DNA from: a virus
Lineage: Duplodnaviria; Caudoviricetes
Length of the DNA: 64,000 nt
Direction: 5' to 3' (one strand)
IMG/VR virus record: IMGVR_UViG_3300033121_000954
Location: 1 to 64,000 of that record
Positions 57,433-64,000 of this stretch are shown here, in pieces. Each line of letters starts with the position of its first letter. The first letter of the stretch is position 1. The notes beneath the pieces are model-generated. The model ran no database searches. It was given only the letters and a program-made list of their open reading frames with translations, and was not told where the DNA came from. The translations under genes and the position numbers were made by a program.

Positions 57433-57470
57433 GTATAAGGCTTTTTATTGGTTTATGCAAATCATTAACA
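57430..57470 (-). promoter_or_regulatory. Probable Bacteroidota-type promoter for primase
   Basis: TGTTAA-TG-ATTTGC-N19-TATACTTG. Confidence 0.5.
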
Positions 57471-57476
57471 TATCGT

Positions 57477-58289
57477 TTACATTATTTTTTCAAATTGCGC
57501 AATTTGTGACTCATATTGTGGGTATTTTTGCACTCCGAAAAAACTAATTGCAAATATTTCGGCAAATGATTCAGTACCAAACGACATAGTATCAGTTTGT
57601 GAATATCGGGTTGTATAAAATTTACTGGCAACAAACCCTGACGGAGACCCATGTTTGTATTCATACCTATGACCCAGTTCATGTACGATTATGTACAGCA
57701 GAGACGCATACGCAACGGTGTCAATTTCACGGGCATAAGTTTCCTTAATCCAAATTTGATCTAATTGACTTTTGTAGGTGGCTTTGGCTCTCAGCGCATC
57801 AGCAGGTTTGAAATAAATTTCAAATTTTCCGGTTAACGCTTTTTTGTGAAATCCTGTAAATTTATCTAAAAACTCTGATATTTTTTTGGAAGTTAGTTTA
57901 AATCTGGATTCCGCCATAAGTGAATCATTTATAAACGTCAAATTTCCAATGGTAAGATTTTCAATCTTTGAATTTTTTGTTTTAAAAAATCCATCCACAA
58001 TACGATTTATATCCGATTCGTCCCAGTGACTGAATGTGTTTGCAATATTTTGCGAAATCATATTGTATTCCTGATATGCGTCTGATTGCTTTTTTAGAAA
58101 TTTTATAAATTCAAATTCCTTTGACAATCCATTAGGTGCCTTTCCCGATTTTGGAAATATACTTATCCATCTTACAAAATCGTTTATCTGGTCTGGTTTA
58201 AATTTCAGAAAAGATATACCCATCCGCTTCATATAATCCACATCAACGTTTTCTTGTATTATTTTATTGTAGATGGGTATTAATTTCAC
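57477..58289 (-). CDS. Leader-bearing zincin-like metallopeptidase
   Basis: MKLIPIYNKIIQE leader; IVHELGH...TTRYS...ESFAEIF. Confidence 0.7.
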   Translation of the reverse strand: MKLIPIYNKIIQENVDVDYMKRMGISFLKFKPDQINDFVRWISIFPKSGKAPNGLSKEFEFIKFLKKQSDAYQEYNMISQNIANTFSHWDESDINRIVDGFFKTKNSKIENLTIGNLTFINDSLMAESRFKLTSKKISEFLDKFTGFHKKALTGKFEIYFKPADALRAKATYKSQLDQIWIKETYAREIDTVAYASLLYIIVHELGHRYEYKHGSPSGFVASKFYTTRYSQTDTMSFGTESFAEIFAISFFGVQKYPQYESQIAQFEKIM

Positions 58290-58714
58290 AGTTTATTTAC
58301 CTTTCCTTTAAAAAATTTAGTATTTGCGATATGACGATTGTATGAATTGCAGAACAATACATCATATTTTATTTGAAAATATGTTTCGTAAAAAGACACG
58401 TCTGTAAGTGTCGAGCAGAACATTAAAATTTCACGACTAAAATTTTCTTGACCACGTTGTTCTATATCACGCTTCAACTCATCACTACTTCCCCAGTAAT
58501 TTTTCCAATCCGTCTCTTTAATTTCACGTTTGAATTTTTTACGTTTATTTTCTGGAAGCAGTTTTTCCTTTTTTGTCAGTGTTTTTTTGCGATTAGAAAC
58601 TAACAGTTTCCGACCAATATAAATCTTATTGTCCAGTTTGTTGGTAATGCAGTAGATGTATCCCAGTGCATTGTCTGGCATTTCAAAGGATTGGTTATTT
58701 TGGTATGTCCACAT
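58286..58714 (-). CDS. GIY-YIG family nuclease
   Basis: GYIYCITN...YIGRK, YWGSS, FSREIL..E..YN. Confidence 0.8.
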   Translation of the reverse strand: MWTYQNNQSFEMPDNALGYIYCITNKLDNKIYIGRKLLVSNRKKTLTKKEKLLPENKRKKFKREIKETDWKNYWGSSDELKRDIEQRGQENFSREILMFCSTLTDVSFYETYFQIKYDVLFCNSYNRHIANTKFFKGKVNKL

Positions 58715-58990
58715 TAATACTTTGCGTTTTTATAAAAAGAGGTGCCTTCAATTTTCCAACCGTTCCGTTTTAAATCAGCAGCAAATCTTCCCATATATTT
58801 GGATAGAGTGCGCTCATTGATGTTATCTAAAACATCCAAAAATAAACTAAATACATCCTCTACATTGTAATTACATTGTTTGGACACATCAGTTGTTAAA
58901 TTAAGGTTGACTTCCTCGCCCAAAACTTCCATTACTAAAGGTTTTAATTTAGTTTTGATTGTTTTTTTTTTGATTTTCTGTTAGTTTCAT
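58714..58990 (-). pseudogene. Leader-bearing small gene frameshifted in an A10 run (MEVLGEE part intact)
   Basis: MKLTENQ then A10 (58962-58971), one base longer than the homologous 14592..14858 leader. Confidence 0.65.
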
Positions 58991-59016
58991 TTTTTAGATT
59001 TCCTTTGTTTTTAATT

Positions 59017-60744
59017 TTATGTATCAAACCGAATTATGAGGTTGATCGGGACATCCTCACGCATTTTTAAAGCCTGTCCAAGTTTCCCAATCACTAATAA
59101 TTCGCCACTATCATTATACAAACCAACCGTTGTCGCATATACGGGCATTCCACCATCCGCTACGCTACTTGTCATTTCATTTATAAGTAGGTCAGAATAT
59201 GGAGTTTGTCGGGTGGTCGGATTTTGACTTAGATTGAAATCTCCCGGTTTAATTCTGCATAATGTTTCGTATTGGTAAATTGTGTGAGTGTTTCTGTATT
59301 TTAATATAAAATCAAATGCCAATAAATCCGATCTTATGAAATTATTTGTCAGTACAATCTTTCCAGATTTATAAAAAATATTACCAACCTGATGCGACAC
59401 ATTTGAGTAAGTTACCAACCGACCAACTTCGCCAGTAGATAACGCGGTATTAAAAAATCTAACGTCGTCTAAATATAATCCATTCTTATCAAAGGCATTA
59501 TTTGATTCGTTGTAAATTGAACTTGTAAAATCACATGACCCAAACATCAAATCGTTATTGTTTGTAATCGTTTCGTTTATATCCGTTTCAGTATCTTCCA
59601 AATTTCCATTTACATACAGAGATAATTGAGTGCCACGTTTAGTGACTACAAAACTTTGAAACTCGTCTGTCTCTGTTATTTTATCAGATGTGACTAACGA
59701 TACCGCACTTATTCCGTTTGACCGAGTAAAGACTATTTTTCCAGCAGAATTTATACTAAATCGGTATGGATAAACTGGTGTTGGACTATAATCTACTGAA
59801 CTGCTGATATTACTCTTGTAAACTACGCCATCCACTGTTTTATTAAAATTTTCATTTTTTATTTTTGTAGCAATTTTTGATTTATCAATAAATACAGTCG
59901 CTGGCATTGGAATATTGCACTTAAACCAAAATGAAATTGTAAAATCCCCAACTAAGTTTAAATCGTTATTATGTTCTGTTCTTATGTATGCTACTTTGTC
60001 GGGTGGGAAATAAAACGGATTAGACCAAGTGAAATTGGATGTGGTGGTTGCCACTGATTCCAAATGATAAATATTTTTGTAAAATGTCCGTAGCGGGTAT
60101 GTCTTGGCCGCTACATTCAGATCATAATATGCAGTGTCACTTAGATTTCTAAATGTATTATCAGACAATAAATTCTTAAACTTTGATATTCTATTATGTA
60201 TGCTACTATGCCAATTTACAACTTGATGAACACTTGATGTTATGAAATTATTATTTATATCATAAAGTGGGGTTCCTGCTAAATATAAATTGCCATATCC
60301 ATCATCTGAGCATTTAAAATCATCTATACCGATTGAACATGTAAACTGAACACTTCCGGGCTTAATTCCTTCCCCAAAATCATGTTGAGGAATTTGAATA
60401 ATAGACGCGGAAATATTCAAATTCTTATATGTGTATCGCCGATTTGAATGTTCCATTGTTGCGACTGGGTCATTTGGAAATCGATAATACATCGCATCCA
60501 GTTGACTCCAAACAATGTGTTGATTTGAACCATCAAAACTGTTAGTTGGGTAGGTTCGGTCAGTTCCTAATTTTAATTTTTCATTTGTGTGGCGGGCTTC
60601 CAGTATTTTATACCCACTTGAAGTGATTGGTGTACTTCCGTTATACAAATCACTCCTCTGTATCACATATTGCTTGTGAACAGTGATTGGGGTGATTGTG
60701 TAGTCCTGTGGACGGACGGGGGAAAATACATGTGGAATGCTCAC
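59017..60744 (-). CDS. Virion protein with LamG/concanavalin-like domain
   Basis: FTISFW, LYVNG, LDDVRFFNTALS; C-terminal TVGLYND.GELL..GKL. Confidence 0.75.
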   Translation of the reverse strand: MSIPHVFSPVRPQDYTITPITVHKQYVIQRSDLYNGSTPITSSGYKILEARHTNEKLKLGTDRTYPTNSFDGSNQHIVWSQLDAMYYRFPNDPVATMEHSNRRYTYKNLNISASIIQIPQHDFGEGIKPGSVQFTCSIGIDDFKCSDDGYGNLYLAGTPLYDINNNFITSSVHQVVNWHSSIHNRISKFKNLLSDNTFRNLSDTAYYDLNVAAKTYPLRTFYKNIYHLESVATTTSNFTWSNPFYFPPDKVAYIRTEHNNDLNLVGDFTISFWFKCNIPMPATVFIDKSKIATKIKNENFNKTVDGVVYKSNISSSVDYSPTPVYPYRFSINSAGKIVFTRSNGISAVSLVTSDKITETDEFQSFVVTKRGTQLSLYVNGNLEDTETDINETITNNNDLMFGSCDFTSSIYNESNNAFDKNGLYLDDVRFFNTALSTGEVGRLVTYSNVSHQVGNIFYKSGKIVLTNNFIRSDLLAFDFILKYRNTHTIYQYETLCRIKPGDFNLSQNPTTRQTPYSDLLINEMTSSVADGGMPVYATTVGLYNDSGELLVIGKLGQALKMREDVPINLIIRFDT

Positions 60745-60745
60745 G

Positions 60746-61972
60746 TTATTGAATCTTTAATACTTTTTCTAATTTATTGAGATTATTATCTATTTTCTGA
60801 CCTTTGCCCTTTAAACTCCCAAGTGCAGATTGTATAGTTTTGACTAAAAAATTTCCAATTTTTTGAAATATATTTTCTTCGTTAATCGTTTGTTCAGTTC
60901 TTGGGGAGAACGAAAGTGACGGTTTTGCTTTTGATATTTTTTCATATATCTTCAATTCTTGCAATATTTTATATTGGACATCTTGATTGACTTGGGTCAT
61001 TGCAAAATCAAGTACTTTTTCGTATTCGTATGTTGCTTTAGTTGCCTGAAATCGTGCAATATTCATCAGCACAGTTTTAGTTCGTACAACTCTCTCACCA
61101 TCCTTTTTTAGTTCTTCTAAGAAGTCCCATAACTGCTCATCTACAATTTTTTTATATTTTTTTTCTAAATCAGCAAGCCCAAGTTTCTTTTTAAGTGCAT
61201 CAACCTGTGCAGTTGCATTCGACAACTGTTCTTGCAATTTTGCCAATTCGTCCAATGCCGCTTCAATTTTTGGGTCAGCGACATCCACTTCGTTCAAAAC
61301 TTCAACAATTATTTTTTTCAACGCCTTTACTGAATTTTCACTAAGTTTAAACTCATTACTTCGTTGTGTAACTGATTTTGGGAGATCAGTAAATTTGTTT
61401 GGTTTAGGTTCTCCTTTGTCGTTCACTAAGGTAAATCCTTTTGTGAGGACACTATGTAAAGCCAAATCTTCCGTTTCAAATCCAACATTTGTTATATTCT
61501 TTTCTGTCCCGTTTGGTTGCTGGATATAAATATAGTAACGACCATCCTCCTTTTTGATTTTGGCTGGTATCATGTCGTTACTGCCTTCAGTAATTCCCAA
61601 TTGTACTTTATATGAATTTGCAATACGCTTCATTTCTTTTGCGCGTTCTAAATATCGGTCGTCTTCTTTGGCGGCAGATGTATATATTTGCACTGCCCAT
61701 AACACCTTTTCCAATGCTTTCTTTGGTGTTAGTCCATAATATGAGCCACGATATATTTTATCAACTTTGTCTAAATCCGATTGAGATACACCTTCTTTTA
61801 TCATACTGTTTTCCTTTACATATAATTTAGGAATTCTAATTTTTAATATACCACGACCGTTTATGGTGGGTAGTCCAAAATCGTCAACGCCAATTTCTTT
61901 GACAGTTATTTTTTTATTTTTAAATCTACCTGCAAGTATCGTATCACCTATTTCAAGTGGAATTTGTATCAT
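60746..61972 (-). CDS. Modular putative internal head polyprotein
   Basis: Segments bounded by xKE/xTE/LSE/LNE; internal KALKKIIVEVLNE leader. Confidence 0.6.
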   Translation of the reverse strand: MIQIPLEIGDTILAGRFKNKKITVKEIGVDDFGLPTINGRGILKIRIPKLYVKENSMIKEGVSQSDLDKVDKIYRGSYYGLTPKKALEKVLWAVQIYTSAAKEDDRYLERAKEMKRIANSYKVQLGITEGSNDMIPAKIKKEDGRYYIYIQQPNGTEKNITNVGFETEDLALHSVLTKGFTLVNDKGEPKPNKFTDLPKSVTQRSNEFKLSENSVKALKKIIVEVLNEVDVADPKIEAALDELAKLQEQLSNATAQVDALKKKLGLADLEKKYKKIVDEQLWDFLEELKKDGERVVRTKTVLMNIARFQATKATYEYEKVLDFAMTQVNQDVQYKILQELKIYEKISKAKPSLSFSPRTEQTINEENIFQKIGNFLVKTIQSALGSLKGKGQKIDNNLNKLEKVLKIQ

Positions 61973-62259
61973 ACTGAAGATTGCTTAGTAGATGGATTAG
62001 TTTCAGCAAAACTAACAATATCATCTATTAATTTTTTGATATCTACTTTTTGAACATCAATTACATCACCATGATTATTACGTTCGAAACCAATTTTTTG
62101 GCCACCAATCATAATAATTCCATGACCGGTCGCTTGGCAATCTATGGTAAATGGGCCATATTTAAATCTATAACTTTCACCAGTTTTATGAATTGGTGCT
62201 TCAAAAATTTGTTCAAATAATGGTTTCAATTTCATATATATTCCTTTTAATTTACTCAT
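61969..62259 (-). CDS. Leader-bearing small protein
   Basis: MKLKPLFEQIFE. Confidence 0.6.
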   Translation of the reverse strand: MSKLKGIYMKLKPLFEQIFEAPIHKTGESYRFKYGPFTIDCQATGHGIIMIGGQKIGFERNNHGDVIDVQKVDIKKLIDDIVSFAETNPSTKQSSV

Positions 62260-63859
62260 ATTTCAAAGATATTTCAAATAAGCCCTCTTCAGTGAAGTTC
62301 TTTGTGATTGGGCGACTTATTTTAGAAACTGCCAGCAATTCTTTGTTTTCGTTATATAATCCAATTGATGAAATATAAACTTGCGGTTTATTTACAAAAT
62401 CATCTATAATCATCGCCTCGCTGCCAGTTACAAAGGTTGGATTGTTTGAAAAATTGTATTCTTGGTTTTTGATCCTGATGAAATATTGCTCAACATATTC
62501 ATATTTGACTTGACGGGACTGAAAACCCAAATAATCTCCACTTTCATCAGTTCTCAAAGCCGCTCCACTCATTGCAGTAAATAACTTCATCGCATTATCT
62601 CCAGCCACATCACTTCCAGTTGTTGTTAAAAAACTCGCACTCATATCCAACATATCCGCGTCCAAAAGCACAACGCCAAGTTGTGGATAAGTAATACCAT
62701 AAACATGAGGATTAGACTTGTTGTAAATACCTGTCTCTAACGTACCAGAAACGACGTAGAACGCTTTTCCTGCCGAGGTTGACATATTTGTAAGCGACCC
62801 CGAGATCGTTCGGTAGAACGAAGAATACGCAGCCGTAGATAAGTCAGTTTCAAGATTCAAAGTACTGTCATCAATCAATCTCAAAGTGGTAGGATTGCCA
62901 AGTTTAACATTTGATCCGGTATGAGCATTTCTATTCCCGAATTGAGAACCACTTAGATGGGCAATGTTGATTTCCAAATTACCTTCATCCATTTTATCGC
63001 CCATCCTATCACGCGCAACATTGATGGCATAAAAATGGTACATTTCTTTATGACCAAGTTTAAATCTTTGCTGACCATTATCTAAACATAATCCACGATA
63101 CTGACCATAAACTGCATTAGTTGGAGTATAAAAATCATTTCCGCCCAAATCCCTACTACCACTACCACCATCATGTCCATACGCAATTGAAAAGTGAGGT
63201 TCAGCCGCACAACTATCACATTTTGATTGAAATATAGTACGACGAAATGAACTTGAAGTTTCAGTTGAACAGGTATGAAATGTTATCATATTACCCAGCG
63301 CATCTCCATTACCATCAAGCCAAATTCCACGAGTAAATTTATTGATTTGTTTTGGAAGTCGGTCATCGTCGGTTATTCTGGTAAACACTCTCCCCATCCC
63401 CAAACTTACTGGTGGTGGTATTGAAGGTGTTACTGGAGGGATTGGAACAACTGGTGCAGGTTGTGATGGATTTATCGGCGGGGGTGGTTCAGGTGCTGGT
63501 GGAACAGAGGGTGGTTGGACTGGTATGGGTTGAGTAAATCGTAAAATTAAATCATCATACGAATTATCCTGAATATAATCTTCAGAATTTAGATAAAATA
63601 CATATTGACCATTTTCAACAGTAGTATTTGTCTTGATGATTGTTGAATTGATCCACGGGGGATTCATCTCATAATCACTTGCTGCCTGTATATTTACCTG
63701 CCAGTTATTACCAGTTACGAAGACTGGTGGATCCCCAACATTACCCATATAGGTACCATTTCCAGTGGTTGCACCAGTTACTATGAACCTTTGTGGCAAC
63801 GCACTTGGATTATGTGTTGTGACGGTTATCGTCCAATTACCTTGGATTGTTGTGGGCAT
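62252..63859 (-). CDS. Baseplate/tail structural protein with N-terminal accessory domain and Pro-rich linker
   Basis: NFSNNPTF, YISSIGLYNENKELLAVSK; PPSVPPAPEPPPP linker. Confidence 0.7.
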   Translation of the reverse strand: MPTTIQGNWTITVTTHNPSALPQRFIVTGATTGNGTYMGNVGDPPVFVTGNNWQVNIQAASDYEMNPPWINSTIIKTNTTVENGQYVFYLNSEDYIQDNSYDDLILRFTQPIPVQPPSVPPAPEPPPPINPSQPAPVVPIPPVTPSIPPPVSLGMGRVFTRITDDDRLPKQINKFTRGIWLDGNGDALGNMITFHTCSTETSSSFRRTIFQSKCDSCAAEPHFSIAYGHDGGSGSRDLGGNDFYTPTNAVYGQYRGLCLDNGQQRFKLGHKEMYHFYAINVARDRMGDKMDEGNLEINIAHLSGSQFGNRNAHTGSNVKLGNPTTLRLIDDSTLNLETDLSTAAYSSFYRTISGSLTNMSTSAGKAFYVVSGTLETGIYNKSNPHVYGITYPQLGVVLLDADMLDMSASFLTTTGSDVAGDNAMKLFTAMSGAALRTDESGDYLGFQSRQVKYEYVEQYFIRIKNQEYNFSNNPTFVTGSEAMIIDDFVNKPQVYISSIGLYNENKELLAVSKISRPITKNFTEEGLFEISLKYE

Positions 63860-63865
63860 ATATTT

Positions 63866-64000
63866 TTATATGTTTCGGTTTAAAGCATCAATACAATCTT
63901 GTAAATCAGTACATTGACGTATTCCAATGCCCATTTCTAAATTGTACGGGTATTTAGAATCGTAATAAGCGCCACCATGTCTAATCTTAGTACCAATCAC
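63866..64000 (-). CDS. 3' end of a gene extending beyond the window
   Basis: Open frame ...VIGTKIRHGGAYYDSKYPY...ALNRNI*. Confidence 0.5.
   Translation of the reverse strand: MIGTKIRHGGAYYDSKYPYNLEMGIGIRQCTDLQDCIDALNRNI

Noticed and set aside
1-64000. Alternative genetic code (TAG/TGA recoding seen in some Bacteroidota phages)
   Set aside because: Genes are full length and densely packed in code 11; TAG and TGA end conserved genes at expected positions
1-64000. Complete DGR, CRISPR array, tRNA/rRNA, integrase
   Set aside because: No reverse transcriptase, template repeat, regularly spaced repeats or cloverleaf recognised by eye; a short tRNA could have been missed

Overview
A 64-kb segment of a large, AT-rich (about 35% GC by eye) T4-like myovirus genome. 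The host is most likely Bacteroidota, judging from repeated TTTG-N~20-TAnnTTTG promoters and a phage bS21 gene. Most genes lie on the minus strand and form the virion module: terminase, portal, intein-containing prohead protease, bS21, scaffold, major capsid protein, neck, sheath, three tail-tube paralogs, hub/chaperone and a tape measure gene that runs off the left edge. Primase, a fused Mre11-Rad50, a GIY-YIG nuclease and an RNA ligase are also present, along with accessory islands driven by host-type promoters. Best leads: (1) a 'fractured' phoH gene carrying an atypically split intein (25-aa IntN, 138-aa IntC) with a free-standing endonuclease between the halves; (2) a phage-borne nicotinamidase-vWA-PP2C-kinase (TerY-P-like) locus interrupted by a high-GC FGE/CLec gene whose C-terminus looks DGR-diversified; (3) a family of shuffled N-terminal 'LKPL..E..LxE' leaders, candidate capsid-targeting tags, one of them frameshifted in an A10 run; (4) a captured EcoRI-like R-M operon with the methylase intact and only the endonuclease C-terminus left; (5) bS21 together with SD-bearing late genes and SD-less early genes; (6) a candidate frameshift in the tail chaperone and an ATT start for TerL. 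All protein calls come from motif recognition by eye; no database searches were run.
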